Shown here piece after piece: positions 12,241-26,530 of a stretch of DNA of 64,000 bases (positions within the stretch are counted from its first letter, which is position 1; the number at the start of each line of letters is the position of its first letter). Under the pieces are notes generated by a model, which was not told the DNA's origin, made no database searches, and worked only from the letters and a program-made list of their open reading frames with translations. Location of the stretch: assembly GCF_006345805.1 (NCBI RefSeq), contig NC_043002.1:97898001-97962000 (forward strand), given 5' to 3'. The DNA comes from Octopus sinensis. Lineage: Eukaryota. Position numbers and translations under genes: made by a program.

Positions 12241-12564
12241 TAACTCTCTTCTCTTTATATTGCTGGCATTCTGCAAAATTTGAAACAGTATTGTACTTAT
12301 TACACATGCTATAAGCGGTTCATTAGATGATTTAATCCAATTATAAATAATTAAAGATAGAATGTAGGCATGTAGTGGCGGTATGATTCTGGTAAGTGGA
12401 GAAGATGATTATAGGCATCTTTCGGTCTTATTAAATCTCTTTACCAAATCAGACTTCACTTGTACTCTACAGCCGCAAGATGTTTAATAGAATCGCTGGG
12501 TTATGGAGGAAATAAGCAAACTAATACCAGGTGGGAAGAGATAAACGCCGATGCAAAGAGACAC

Positions 12565-12690
12565 ACATATATACAACGGGCTTCCACACAAGTTCCGTCT
12601 ACCAAATTCGCTCACATGACAGTCGGCCAGGAGCTGTAGCAGAAGACACCTGCTCAAGGTGCTATACAGTGGGACTGAACCCAAAACCAG
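12565..12690 (-). mobile_element. Family C SINE fragment
   Basis: tacaacgggcttccacacaagttccgtctaccaaattc...gaagacacctgctcaaggtgc...gggactgaaccc. Confidence 0.6.
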
Positions 12691-13687
12691 GTGGTTATAG
12701 AGCATCCACTTGAGAAATTTTTTTGTATTCACTATCTATTTGCAGATACAAACTATCATTATTTGACTCGAATTGTAGTTTTGCTGCATGTGCCCTTCTC
12801 TGAAACGGTAAAATGTAATTAGAAGACATCACTGATCTTTCTAGTAGGTCGAACGACCATCAAAATCCCCTCCTCCGTTAACTTCATAAATCTTGTAATG
12901 CTTCGAAATTGAAAGTGATGGCTGGGAAAGGCAGTAATAACATTTACTATGAAAAACGTTGATATCATTTTAAGGTTAACAAACTGTACTAAATGTTTAA
13001 AGAGGTGATAAGATGCTGGAGTGATAAGACGTTGGTGTGATAAGAAGCTGGAGTTTATCAGCGATTCCGTTAACGTGAATTACAGAAGGGGAATTACAAA
13101 TGTACATCGGGAGTCAATTATTTCTTCGGATTGTCACGTCTATTTATTGATTTTTATCAGTTTAGGAGGACATTTTGGATAATGTAATGCGGGGGTACAC
13201 TACAGCTGAAATAAATACTGAAAAAACAAAAATAAAACATAACAAAAAATCTATGTATGGATACAGTTTCGATGTCCTTGATCATAGATAAGTTTGCTCT
13301 ATCGGTCTGACCTTCGGTCACAAAAACAAAGTACAGCAATACGATGATGAGACGTTGATCACGACGCAGGCGGCGGTGACTGTGGCAACGGTGGCGATGA
13401 CAATGATGGTGGTGCTGCTGGTGGCGGCAACGACGGGGCGATGGTGATGACGTTGACGACGGCGAAGACAACAACAACAACAACAAAGACGAGATCGGCA
13501 GCAGCGGAAGAAGCAACGGGGACAATAAATCTAAAACCGATATTTCGGTCCTGTGTTCTCATAATACAAATTTAATATGGATATTTAAAAAAAAAATGTC
13601 TTTTGTGTGAGACCTGAAGTGACGCTTGTATAAATAATAGTTTGTATTGATTTATGCACACACACACAACACACACACACACACACA

Positions 13688-13741
<54 letters not shown>

Positions 13742-13952
13742 CACACACAGTGTTTATAAGAAGGGATTTCAAACAATACATTAGCCCAGAACTCGGAGTA
13801 CAAGAAGAGGCCTGTATCAATATACAGACCTAAGAAACTCCCGGCTTCACCTCCAAAATTTTGACACCCTCACCACCCAAAGACCGAAAATAGTTTTGTA
13901 TCGCTTTGTCAAATTTCTCCAGGCGTCCCTGTACACACACACACACACACAC

Positions 13953-13999
<47 letters not shown>

Positions 14000-14424
14000 A
14001 GGGACACTGCTTTGATTCTAGTTTGAACTGGTAAACTTCATAGGCACGTCTCGTACCTTTAGGGAAATAATGAACGCCACATCCACATCTATACTCTTTC
14101 AGTTTAAACTCCCAATCTTCATGTCAGTGTAAAAATACAAACTTGTTATCAGTGTGTCTATACAGTGTCAACACAGTACGATATCTGACCAAAGTGGTTT
14201 GACCTCTCATGAAATCTAATCATGATTGTGGCTTTCTTAGAATTTCTTTTTTTTTTCTCCATTTGGCAGCAAATCTCGTATCACATCGCTTCCAGTCGCC
14301 ACTTCTCACCATTCACTTACCCCGGTTAATCTCGATTCAGTCTGTACTTGACGTTTGCTGTATTTTCTTTCAAAACATCTGTATCGCTGCTAAGATGAGG
14401 AATGTAAAGCAGTGTCTGGAGCGA

Positions 14425-14468
14425 CGACAACAGCAACAACAACAACAACAACAATAATAATAATAATG

Positions 14469-14517
<49 letters not shown>

Positions 14518-14863
14518 TAATATAATAATAATAATAATAATAATAATTATAATAATAATATAATATAATAATAATAATAATATAAAATAATAATAATAAT
14601 AATAATAAAATAATAACAATAATATAATAATAATAATAAATAATATAATAATAATAATAATAATAATACTTATAATAATAATAATAATAATAATAAAAAT
14701 AATGATAATAATAATTATAATAATAATAATAATAATATATAATAATAATAATAATAATAATAAATAATAATAATAATAATAAAATAATAATAATAATAAT
14801 ATAATAATAATAATAATAATAATTATAATAATAATAATAATAATACTTATAATAATAATAATA

Positions 14864-14894
<31 letters not shown>

Positions 14895-14928
14895 TAATAA
14901 CAATAATAATAATAATAATAAATAATGA

Positions 14929-14963
<35 letters not shown>

Positions 14964-15101
14964 TAAATAATAATAATAATAATAACAATAATAATGATAA
15001 TAATAATAATAATTATAATGATAATAATAATAATAATAATAATGATAATATAATAATAATAAAATAATAATAATATTAATGATAATAATAATAATATAAT
15101 A

Positions 15102-15136
<35 letters not shown>

Positions 15137-15144
15137 TAATAATG

Positions 15145-15192
<48 letters not shown>

Positions 15193-15215
15193 GTAGGTGA
15201 TGATGATGATGATTT
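14425..15215. repeat. Long imperfect (AAT)n microsatellite with CAA and GAT ends
   Basis: Direct reading of the sequence. Confidence 0.95.
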
Positions 15216-15570
15216 CTTATATTTGCCACCAGGGCGAAGGATGAGGGGCCAATACAAAGTATGGGGTTATAATGAAATGGGAGAAAAAATAAATGTGTAA
15301 AAAGTATACACGGTATACAATAAGACAAAGAAGAGAAGCATGCATAGCCTACAATTGTAAAGATAAAATTTAGAAATAGTTAAAATAAAAAAATGAATAA
15401 AAATAAGAATGAAGTGGGATGGGGGCAATGATAGTGATGTAACTGTCCTGCCACAGAAAGATCTCTAGGGATAACCGGAGAAACCCACCGTCCAAGATAT
15501 CCCTGAAAAACCAAGGGTAGGTGTCCACAGCAATTTCTGCTTTCCGACTCACAGGTCCATACTTAGAGTG
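15214..15570 (-). mobile_element. 3' fragment of a further Tx1-related element
   Basis: The reverse complement ends ctttgtattggcccctcatccttcgccctggtggcaaatataagaaat, a diverged version of the E1/E2 3' tail. Confidence 0.5.
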
Positions 15571-15587
15571 AGTGGTACCATCCACTC

Positions 15588-15624
<37 letters not shown>

Positions 15625-15627
15625 CAA

Positions 15628-15879
15628 CATCCTTAAACAACCCTTATTCAGGGACCTTTTGAGTGGGATGGGTTACTCGACCTGAAGAAAATTCTAACTG
15701 GGCCCCACCTGCAAGGTCATGTGCTGTTTATCTTGATATGAGATCACCATGTCGCGCACAATTGGTTGTGATGCATGTGCCTGGTGTACCCTTATCAGAC
15801 GGGTAGTCATGATAGGTATATTGGGCTTCGTATATTTTACCCCAGTGTCACTTTGATGGCATGAATTGCTCTCTCACTC

Positions 15880-15881
<2 letters not shown>
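15628..15881 (+). mobile_element. Retroposon 3' end with (AAT)n tail, copy 1
   Basis: catccttaaacaacc...cttatcagacgggtagtcatga...gctctctcactc followed by (AAT)n. Homologous to 16175-16575. Family not assigned. Confidence 0.65.
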
Positions 15882-15920
<39 letters not shown>

Positions 15921-15952
15921 TAATAATAATAATAATGATGATAATAATAATG

Positions 15953-16014
<62 letters not shown>

Positions 16015-16174
16015 CCTTTCTACTACAGGTACGAGGTCTGAAATTTGTAGGGAGGGGGATAACCAATCACATCGGCACCAGTGCTCTGGTGGTACTTGAT
16101 TTATCGACCCCAAAATGATGTTTTGTCCTGGTATAAAAGATGGGCCAGAGGAAATATTCTCCTCAAACCACATA

Positions 16175-16575
16175 TCTGCTTACCAATTGCTTGGCCTAAA
16201 CCAGTTAAGTATGTCCCTTAGTGGCTGACGATATGTACATCTCTGATCACGAGCAGGCTTTGTGGATGGGGATGATCATAGCTGTGTGTTGTGAAGGATT
16301 GTTTGGAAACATGGGTGTTTTGTTCATCATCCTTACACAGACCTTAATCAGGACCTTTTGAGCGGGATGGGATACTCAACCTGAAGAAATTTCTAATTGG
16401 GCCCCACCTGCAAGCTCTTGCGCAGTTTATCTTGATATGAAATCAACATGTCGCGCACATATGGTGTAATGATGCATATGTCTGGCGTATTCTTATCAGA
16501 CGGATAGTCATGATGGGTATATTGAGTTTCATATTTTTCTACCCCAATATCACTTTTATAGCATGCGCTGCTCTT
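16175..16575 (+). mobile_element. Retroposon 3' end, copy 2 (longer, more diverged)
   Basis: 16327-16575 aligns to 15628-15881 and is followed by an AAT/AAC-like tail. Confidence 0.6.
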
Positions 16576-17229
16576 TCAATAGTAACAATAATAACAATGG
16601 CAATCTCCTCTCTCTTTCTATCTCTTTGTCGTTCTCGTCCGCACCCCAACTTGACACTACCTTGCACCATCACCAGACTGTATTACGCTCGTCACAGCCG
16701 TCTTGCTATCTTTTCGAGCAGTTTCTGTTCTATCGCTCGGCCTGCTAGAAATAGCAGTCAAATGTCTCCCATCAAATCCTATCCTCTTTAAAAAAGGGCC
16801 ATTGGATTATGTGAATGCTCTGCATCTAAGTAACCCTAAGAATGCAAATTGGTCACGGCTAGAATGCTTTTGAAAATAAGTCTGATTTATCAGGGTTGAC
16901 GTGTGACTAAACAACAACACCAGCAACAACAAACAGTACAATAATGACGATAACGAAAGCGATATTTCTATTTGCTGGTCTTGTTGTTGTTGTTCCTGTT
17001 CCTGTTCTTTAATTGTTATTAGGGAAGGGTACATGACAGACTATATATATATAAAGCGCAGAAAGCACTGTATTTCCTGGCGTCGAGGACGTTCTGACAT
17101 CGAAAGACACACCCCAATCTTGACTTATAAATTCTAATAGAATTATACAAACAAAAAATCAAGACTTTGGGACTTTCACCTACTTTAACAAGATGTTTTG
17201 TTAGTGGTTTAATGATATATAGATCCTGC

Positions 17230-17559
17230 CGTGGTGAGGGCGCGTGGCTTAGTGGTTAGGGCATTCGGCTCATGATCGTAAGGTTGTGAGTTCGATTCCC
17301 GGCGACGCGTTGTGTCCTTGAGCAAGACACTTTATTTCACGTTGCTCCAGTCCACTCAGCTGGCAAAAATGAGTTGTACTTGTATTTCAAAGGGTCAGCC
17401 TTGTCACTCACTGTGTCACGCTGATTATCCCCGAGAACTACGTTGAGGGTACACGTGTCTGTGGAATGCTCAGCTATTTGCACGTTAATTTCACGAGCAA
17501 GCTGTTCCGTTGATCGTATCAGCTGGGACCCTCGTCGTCGTAACCGGCGGAGTCTTTTT
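17230..17559 (+). mobile_element. Family A SINE, full length with 13-bp TSD
   Basis: Head ggcgcgtggcttagtggttaggg...gagttcgattcccgg, then gtgtccttgagcaagacactt. TSD atatagatcctgc at 17217-17229 and 17560-17572. Confidence 0.88.
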
Positions 17560-17694
17560 ATATAGATCCTGCTAATCACTTACAGTCTGCGTTTTTCTCT
17601 TTTGCTTTTACAGGGTGGAGACACGGTAAATTTAGTATTGATAACCGCCCCCCGTGTTTAAAATTGGACAATGAAAAATATAAACTTCGTCATC

Positions 17695-17900
17695 TGAGGC
17701 GCGTGGCTTAGGTTAGGATGCTGGACTCACGATCGTAAGATTGTAGTTTCGATTCATGGACATTGTGTTCTAGAACAAAACACTTCACTTCACGTTGTTC
17801 CAGATCACTCACCTGTAGAAATGGGTACTACATGTGGAGTTCATTCAGCAGTAGAAATGGGTACTACATGTGGAGTCCACTCAGCTGTAGAAATGAGTTT
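17695..17900 (+). mobile_element. Family A SINE, diverged 5' part with an internal 30-nt duplication
   Basis: Head ggcgcgtggcttaggttagg...gtttcgattc; gtagaaatgggtactacatgtggagt occurs twice. Confidence 0.6.
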
Positions 17901-19140
17901 AGCCTGGAGAGGGATGGGCTCCAACATGTTTTTTTTTACCCTAGATACGTTGCATGGCTGCAGTGTCCCAGCGACCCCATGGCGTTAGAGAACTTGTTTT
18001 CATAGAGGACGCTTGAAAACTTTTGGGGGACTTATTTTAGGAAGAAAAACAGCGTCCTAGATGCTCAGGATCTTGGTTTTAAATACGATTGGGACAAGTC
18101 CGCCAAGAGTTTATTATTTAGTCCGGAGACACGGTGAAGCCTCAATAACATGTGTAAGAACTCTTAGAAGTCTCAGCTGTCGACTCTCGATTAGAAACAT
18201 AGGAAAATTCATACGGCAGTATGGTTATGAAGATCGATTCGTTGCTCTGTGCTCGGATTCCTATCTCACTGCGTAGTACTATAGTAGGTGTTTTTCAATA
18301 TAGACTCAGTTTGACTAAATCTCTAAGAGTGAAATTTGGTTGAAAGGGAGTCTTTCGGAAGACTCATTCGCAGTGTTGGATGGCAGATATAATCCGTAGC
18401 CTTGTTCAGTAGCAATACTTAGACCTTGACTGAAATGAACGGTGTTTCCTCTGCTGGAAGCATTCGGGTTAGGCTTCTGGTTTATGAAAGATTTTTCTTC
18501 AATCAGTTTCGGAGTTCCTGGAAAAGAGTGTTGGTGTTCTCTTTTGAGTTGAACCATTAAACAACATATTGTTATATTTCGGGAAGGTCATTTTTTTAGA
18601 CACATAGACACACTTTCACACATACACGCGCAATATACACACACACGCGCGCGCGTAGATGCAGACGCAAACGCATGCGCAATATTAAGGATACGCACCA
18701 TAGAAAGATAGAATGGACTAAACAGAACAGGAGGAGACACATGGGATGGAAAGTTGATGGACGAAAGATTTCCAGACAATGGACATAAGATAAATTAAGA
18801 ACAATAGTAAATGAGTGAAGGACGAATATTTAGTGCGTGGGTTTATTTGGCAAAAAATCCCACAAAATGGCCATTCCGAAATATAAAAATATCTGCTTCA
18901 ACACACGATTTCACATCAGGAATCTGGCAAAACAAATTCATAGACATTAAAAAACAGCAATAGCAGTTTAATCACATGCTTGTACGTTATTTTAACTTTT
19001 AAAAAATATAAATTGTTAAATGACTTTTTTCCTCTTTTTCTTTTATAGTGCTTTTTAGCATAGATGAACCTCCGCTGCGGTTAAAATTAGCCAATTAAAA
19101 ATGTAAACTTAGCCATCTTGGGCAGCGTTTTTTAAGCTTT

Positions 19141-19335
19141 TTTGTCACAACGCATTTTATTTATCTTGCGACCCACTGAAGGGTTGGGATCCACAGTTTG
19201 AAAAGCGCTGGATATTCTGCACTTTGCACCCACTAGCAGTTTTTTTTCTTTTCTTCTCTTTTGTCGCGACCCATTTTTATTTATCTCGCGATCCACTGAT
19301 AGGTCGAGACCCACAGCTTGAAAAACGATGGTCTA
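19141..19335. mobile_element. Two tandem hAT(Charlie)-like terminal fragments
   Basis: gcgacccactgaagggttgggatccacagtttgaaaagcgctg and gcgatccactgataggtcgagacccacagcttgaaaaacgatg resemble the hAT MITE end gggtcgcgacccacagtttgagaaacgctg. Confidence 0.5.
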
Positions 19336-19660
19336 GAGCGCATGATAAATTTTCGAGACTTGTTTTAGGGATAAAATGGCGACCTGGATGTTCAGGCACA
19401 CGGTTTGAAATATGAGCGGAAAGAAGTCCGCCAAGAATTAATATTTGCTTCAAGTACTTTTAAATTTTCATTTTTTATTCTATTTTATGAACTGTTAATT
19501 TCCCCTTCATTTTATTAACTCTCTCATATCTCGCAATGCTCAACCATCTCAAACATTTTTATTTTTAGAGGGTGGGGAAAAAGAAGAATTTACACTATTT
19601 CGTATTCATTGTTCAAACAATAGATTGGTGGAATAGGTAGGATTTCAGACAAAGTATATA

Positions 19661-20071
19661 CTCTTTTACTCTTTTACTTGTTTCAGCCATTTGACTGCGG
19701 CCATGCTGGAGCATCGCCTTTAGTCGAGCAAATCGATCCTGGGACTTATTCTTTGTAAGCCCAGTACTTATTCTATCGGTCTTTTTTGCCGAACCGCTAA
19801 GTGACAGAGACGTAAACACATCAGCATCGGTTGTTAAGCGATGGTGGGAGGGACAAACACAGACACACAAACACACAGAGGCATATACATATATATACAT
19901 ATATACGACAGGCTTCCTTCAGTTTCCGTCTACCAAATCCACTCACAAAGCATTGGTCGGCCCGGGGCTATAGCAGAAGACACTTAATGCCCAAGATGCC
20001 ACGCAGTGAGACTGAACCCGGAACCATGTGGCTGGTTAGCAAGCTACTTACCACACAGCCACTCCTGCGCC
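19661..20071 (-). mobile_element. Family C SINE, full length
   Basis: Colinear with 878-1241 and 56019-56452. Confidence 0.88.
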
Positions 20072-20961
20072 TATGTAAAAAATTATGTCAAAATATTTTG
20101 ACTTCAAATCCCACCGAGGCCAACTTTACCATTTATCCCTTCTTCGGTTCTTAAAATAATGTACAAGTCAAGAGTCGATTGAATCAGCTTATACTGGTGT
20201 TTCCCAAGCTTACCTTAAAGTATGTAATCGAAATAACCCTCTTTAGTTCTGCTTGCGCTTGAAAAGCGACTGAGGGTTATAAACTGCAACGAATATTGTA
20301 TTCCAATGAGGTGGGAGTGACTCCAGGTTTCATTAGCTTTGAAAAGCATTATATTTGACGTAAGTCGGCGGCAGAAAAAGTATTTCCCTTTACTAACATT
20401 TCCTGTATTTAACTTTTAAACCCTCCCATGTTTTTATAATCTTGAAACGAGATTAAAACGTGTCAGGCATTTTTTTTTCTACATAAAAAAACCCCACAAA
20501 ACAAAAAAAATATTTCTTCGTTAAAACGATTGAATTTAAATGTATAAATACTGGGACGTATCATCTAAAGGATTAAAATTGCTATAGCCCAAACTGTGAT
20601 GAGTTATTTACAATTCAGGTGTGTCTTACTAGTTTCGTTTCAATAAAACAGCCTTTAAATAAGCATATTTACCTTAGCTTAATGAGCAGTTCTCTGTCCT
20701 GATATATCTAAAGTCAAAATATAATTTATTTTACTTGTAAATATAAAATAAAAGAGAAGCGAAGCGGTCACCTACGATTCGGTTTCTACTTGGTCGGTCG
20801 ATCTGCTAGACATATCAGTCAAGTCTTTTTCATATCAAACTCCAAATATTTCATCACGTCGCTTCGTTTTAGAATCCATAGCTAAAAAAAACTCGTCTTT
20901 TTTCTTATGCATTTATAAAAAAGGGATTGTGTATAGACTATCACCTTTGTGCACATTGGTA

Positions 20962-21174
20962 CAAGGGGGTGGGGTTGAAAAGTTCCTAACTTTGGGTAAA
21001 AGAAAATACAGGCGGATCAGTTAATTATGATTTTATCCAACATATTCCCCTCTCAGATTTATACACTTTTTGCAGCGGTCCTTCAGTTTTTCTAAGCCCT
21101 GTAAAAGAAGTTTGGGCCTCCAGCCAGGCCTTTCATGACACCTTTAAAAGCAAGAACTTTTCAGCATCACCTCG
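20962..21174. mobile_element. Mariner-derived non-autonomous MITE (~213 bp)
   Basis: Imperfect TIRs (caagggggtggggttgaaaagttcct / agcaagaacttttcagcatcacctcg), TA on both sides. Homologous to 48814-49012. Confidence 0.7.
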
Positions 21175-21365
21175 TATATTATTATCGTATGCTTATACAT
21201 ACACAAACGTACCATAGTTGATACCTGAAAGCGAGCATGATCTGGTCCCATGTGCCATTCCTTCGCTAACTATTTTAGGTGCTTTTATAGTTGCGAGTAA
21301 ACCGGCACTCTCTCAGGCTCCCTACCATTGACACAACGGAACATTCGAGATATGACAGTTACTTA

Positions 21366-24300
21366 CTGCAAGCCGAATGACTTTTCCCGGTTAATCTTTG
21401 CTACTGCCACCGTCTCTTAAACCTCAATAGCCTTACCCACTTCACGTAGGCGCGCTACTGTTGTTACGCTGATAGTGATATCGTCCGCGTAAGCTGTAAC
21501 AAACTCCTCTAAACCTGGTTCTCTCGGGATGCCACTCAAGAGCTACCACATACAAAAGTCGTGAGAGCGGCCATCTTTGACGAACCGAGCGCCTGATGCA
21601 TAACTGCTTCGAAAGGAAATCGTTCACCCGAACTATCGAGTCAATGTTGTGATACAAAGCGATAAACTATTTGAGGAAGCCAAGGCCTAGGCCAAACCGC
21701 GGAAGCACAGTCACCAGGTATCGATGGTCAACCCTATCAAAAACTTTAAACTGGTCCAAATGAACCAATGCCTACCTTTGCAAAATTTATCACCAACCCT
21801 CATTATGGTATAGCGAATAAGGTGGAGATTATCCTGAATGGTTCTGCATGTCTGTGCCTCCCCGACTATACCATCCACGACATGCTCCAACCTTTTTGCT
21901 AAGACCTTTGCCAAAATCTTCACTTCTGCGTTTAACAGAGTGATGGGCCTGAAATTATCTAAAACGTCCCCCTTGTCTGGGTCCTTTCTGACCAACGTCA
22001 TTACTCCCCGGCGCACAGATCTGGGGATAAACCCATTCGGTTGTCAGTTCGCGTACACGTCAGCCAGTAGATGCCCGAACAAGTCTGGCATACATTTATA
22101 CAGCTCGTACAGAAGACCATCGAGTCCTGGCGACTTACCTGCTTTACAGTCGGCTATAGCTTCCATCACCTCCACAGGCGTGATCGGCCCTTCGAAAGAC
22201 TCCGCATCCGACGGCAGCTCGGCATAAAGTCCTCGAGGCCTCCTCCACCATCAGGACCGCTATCATCCCACCCCGAACAGCTGGGCGAAGTGCTCCAGAA
22301 AGGCCTCACACATTTTCTCGGGTTCGTTTACCAAGACGCCATTTTGATTCGTCAAAGACCGAATAGAAGAACTATTCCCTTACCGAGCTTCCACCACTCG
22401 GGGCCCATCCAGTGGCCTTGATTCCTTCACTTCCCATCGCACGTAACTTAGCTCTGGCAACGCTTCCCATGTGTTGGGCTTCAAGATGCTGGTTCAACTC
22501 TAGTCTTTTCCCCTTCACTTGGTCCGCATTATCAGTCCTCGAGACTCCTTCTAGTTCCATAACTAGACCATCTCTTATTCTACGTCCCTTCTTAGCTAAA
22601 CTTATGCCAAACCTAATAGACTCATATTTTATGGCTCTTTTCATTTGTTATCACCTCCATTTGTTATTAATGATGTTACCTGTCAATGCCATGTGTATTA
22701 ACATCTAGACCCGCTTTCTGTAGTCCTCAATCGCCAAAAGGGACAACTTGAGTTTCCAGTAGCCAGATCTCTGTCTATGCAACTAATCTACTGTCAGCTT
22801 ACAGGTAGCCATCTTGTGATAACTGCAGCTGACTAGATAAAACTGTGGACACTTAGCTATGGACTTATCTGTTTTTTCTAATTAAAACCCTATCTAGATA
22901 TTTTCTGGAAGACACGTCACTATTTGACCACGCCCACTGTGGAGTGTTCGTGTGTTCGAACCTATATGGATCTGCTAGCTGAAAGTGACTTTGCAGATCT
23001 CGTTAGCCAGGGTTACATTTTCTATTCATGTTCGAGCCAGTACAATCAGTGTGTGCGTCACAGATTGTGTAAAAGTCTCCTATCAGTACTAGCAAATGCG
23101 ACGTGGCCTGGAACTTGCCCAGATCACGAAAATATTCATTTTTTCGAGCCCATAACGTTGGGTGCATAAATTGCAACCAGCCTGATTATCTTGCCACACC
23201 TGAAAGTCAGGTCGAGGACGACCAACCTGCCTTCTGGATCAGAAAAAAACTAACTTTTTCTCGGCTACTCGGTTTCTTTTTAGTAGGGCCAACATCCTAC
23301 CCCACCTCCCGTCCGACTCGGAGAAACATATTTCTCATAGCCGTTCAGGAGGGGGAGCAAATCTCTTGGCCCTTCACCCGGGTTTCCGTTGCAACAATCA
23401 CATCCAATTTTCTTGGCCTGATGTCATTTAGGAAGCGCTCTTGCTTCCAGCTAGACATCAGACCACGAACATTTACACAACCGATGTGAATAGACATTAC
23501 TTACATAATTAATCCGGGGTGTCCTGTGGAGAGGGACTCTGTACCTTTTCTTGACATAGGGTCGGAGGTGGCAAGTCTTGAAAAATGGATTGATTAAAAT
23601 CCAGTCTCATCATCGACACTGACTTTCTATACGTGTAAAAATAATACATTATGAGTCATTTTATCCATTTCGTAGAACTCGTAGTTCTTATATTTATCAG
23701 TAAGTTCTGCAATCCTAGTGGCTGATTATTTTTTCTTTTATTTCTCTCATTAGATCTTAATTTTTTCTGTATACCACGACCATCCCTCTGTCTTCTGCTT
23801 CCTTCCTAACTATTTTTGGTTTGTCTCTTTTCGCAGTCTTTTCATTTTTTGGTCATAGTTCGACCTGTTTTTAATAATTTGAGCTTTCTTTTCTTCTCTC
23901 TCTCTCTCTCTCTTCCTCCCCACCATCGGATTCTTCCTCACCGTCTCTACAGTGTTTATTTATATGGCTCAGCGGGCCACACTAGAAACATCGGGGCTTA
24001 CGCCCCTCGACGAATGCGTTAAGGAATTCCTCCCCAATTTCTATTTTCTATTTTCTTCGGCAACTGTTCTAAAATTGACTTTCTGTATTAGGAGGTGAAC
24101 CGTTTGACCGGTAGCTAGAAGGAGTGTTATATTATCTTTTTTCTTTTCGCCAGAACTGTCACCATCAACTACATAGGGTTGACTTGAGGCGGGATCCTTG
24201 GTATACGTATCTTTGACGTCCTCATTCCCATATATATTGGAATTAAAACAACGTCCTCCGTTTCTAAAGGTTTAACTGAGTGCATTTGTGCAGTTTCTCT

Positions 24301-24990
24301 ATCTTTTACTCGTACTTCGGTAGTACCACACTTCTTCCCTCTTGCTAGGTATGTGATATCCTGCCAGATGGGTTTCAAGCACTTCTCAACATTCTCTTCG
24401 CTCACTCGATCAATTTTTTTTTTCTTTTAGACAGTAAGATTTTAAAATAGTTTTTCTTTTTTCTAACATTCATAGTTCTTCCGGGGGTCGAACTTTCATA
24501 ACACCGTCTTCAATTGTTATCGTATCTTTGTACTTTATCAGGTCATTTTTGGTTGTCGACAGCTGGCAGGTTCCACCTTCAGCCGCCGACGCAAAACTTC
24601 TTTTTTTGTTTATTTTCTTCTGTTTGAAGGCTTTTCACGTCAATATTCCTCTTTACAACAGTACACATTGATGGTTGGGGAAATTCAATTTCAGAAGAAT
24701 CCGAAATATCGCCAAATATTAAGCTTTCAATCTTTTTTGTCTCCCTCTCGGTTGACGACTCTTCGCCAGACGAAGTTACACTTTTCGGCATCTTGCCAGC
24801 AATTAATGTTTCCCCCGCAGGGGAAAACACACGATAGTTTTCGAACAAAAACTATCACAAAAATAATTATAACAGGAACAATAATTATAACAGGAAATAA
24901 CACAAAAACGGTCAATAGAAACTTGCACTTACTTGCACTCCAATAATAATTACCAATAAATCCAAACTCACACAGACGAAATACTTATTA
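21366..24990 (-). mobile_element. Decayed Tx1-like non-LTR retrotransposon (E3): 5' UTR, ORF1, EN and RT; 3' part missing
   Basis: ORF1 EENVEKCLKPIWQDITYLARGKKCGTTEVR. EN starts IGCVNVRGL. RT has DNFRPITLLNAEVKILAKVLAKRL and AYADD. Many stops and frameshifts; similarity to E2 ends near 21366. Confidence 0.88.
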
Positions 24991-24994
24991 CTTT

Positions 24995-25220
24995 ACTAGC
25001 CACGAGGGGCTAAACACAGAGAGGACAAACAAGGACAGACAAACGGATTAAGTCGATTATATCGACCCCAGTGCGTAACTGGTACTTATTTAATCGACCC
25101 CGAAAGGATGAAAAGGCAAAGTCGACCTCGGCGGAATTTGAACTCAGAACGTAAAGACGGACTAAATGCCGCTAAGCATTTCACCCAACGTGCAAACGAT
25201 TTCCCAAGCTCGCTGCCTCA
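24995..25220 (-). mobile_element. Family B SINE abutting the 5' end of E3
   Basis: Central domain plus tail (reverse complement gtcctctctgtgtttagcccctcgtggctagtaaagtaataag). Confidence 0.82.
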
Positions 25221-25619
25221 TGTACTCTAGACTATTAGCATCTTTGTTTTAGCACGTATTTGGTTTTCAAATCACACCTCGAGCAATTTTCATTATACCA
25301 TTTTTTAAAGTAGTCGTCCGATCTTTACATTCTGAGAATCAGAGATTCAGAAATTGCAAAATAAATAAATACATAAATTTGATATTTATTTCTTTTCCTA
25401 CAGGAACTGATTAGGGTTATATGATTTATAGTTGCAGCACTTTTTATATGCAGGTATGTATACGCATAAAATTATATTCTGTTTGTGTTTGAAGCATGTA
25501 GATGTATATTTTGTTTGAATTTTAAATCATTAGTTGTTTCACTTCCAGAAAATTTAAAATATTGTTTTGCTTTCAATTTATTAAAGATAAATTGTAATAA
25601 ATAAAATGTAAAAATGTAA

Positions 25620-25986
25620 TAGGTGTAAACAATATATACCTGCATGTATATATGTATGCATATATGCATATGTGTGTGTGTATGTATGTATATATACACG
25701 TATAAAAGTTGCTATTTTTATATGTATATGTATATATTAATATATGTATGTGTGTCTGTGTGTGTATATATGTATGCATGCATGTGTGTGTGTGTATATG
25801 TATGTATATTTATGTATGTATATAGAGCATACTGTGCGGGACGTAATAGATTTATATACAAAAAATAATTACTGTAGCTGTGAATCGCAATACCACGATC
25901 AGTTTTTGATATATATGTGTATGTATATATATATATATATATTATATATATATATATATATATTATATGTGTGTATGTATATATAT

Positions 25987-26081
<95 letters not shown>

Positions 26082-26290
26082 CATATATATATATACAACA
26101 TATATATATATACATATATATATATATACTATATATATATATACATACATATATATATATATATACATACATATATATATACATACATATATATATATAT
26201 ATACATACACATATATATATATACATACATATATATATATATACATACATATATATATATACAACATATATATATATATATACATACATG

Positions 26291-26366
<76 letters not shown>

Positions 26367-26530
26367 CTATATATATATGTGTGTGTGTGTGTATGTGTTT
26401 ATGTCTATCTGTCTGTCTCGCTCTCTCTATATACATACATACATGCATATATATGTGTGTATATATATATATATTACAATTGTATATATTACAATATATA
26501 TATATATATATCTATGTGTGTGTGTATACA
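25620..26530. repeat. Compound (TA)n/(TG)n/(TACA)n microsatellite
   Basis: Direct reading of the sequence. Confidence 0.95.

Noticed and set aside
17238-17310. tRNA-like sequence (box A / box B)
   Set aside because: It is the head of a SINE with body, tail and TSD; there is no complete cloverleaf. The same applies to all other SINE heads.
17940-18580. Protein-like fragments (LDAQDLGFKYDWDKSAKSLLFSP on +, RIDLHNHT on -)
   Set aside because: Stops in all frames, no consistent splice sites and no recognised family.
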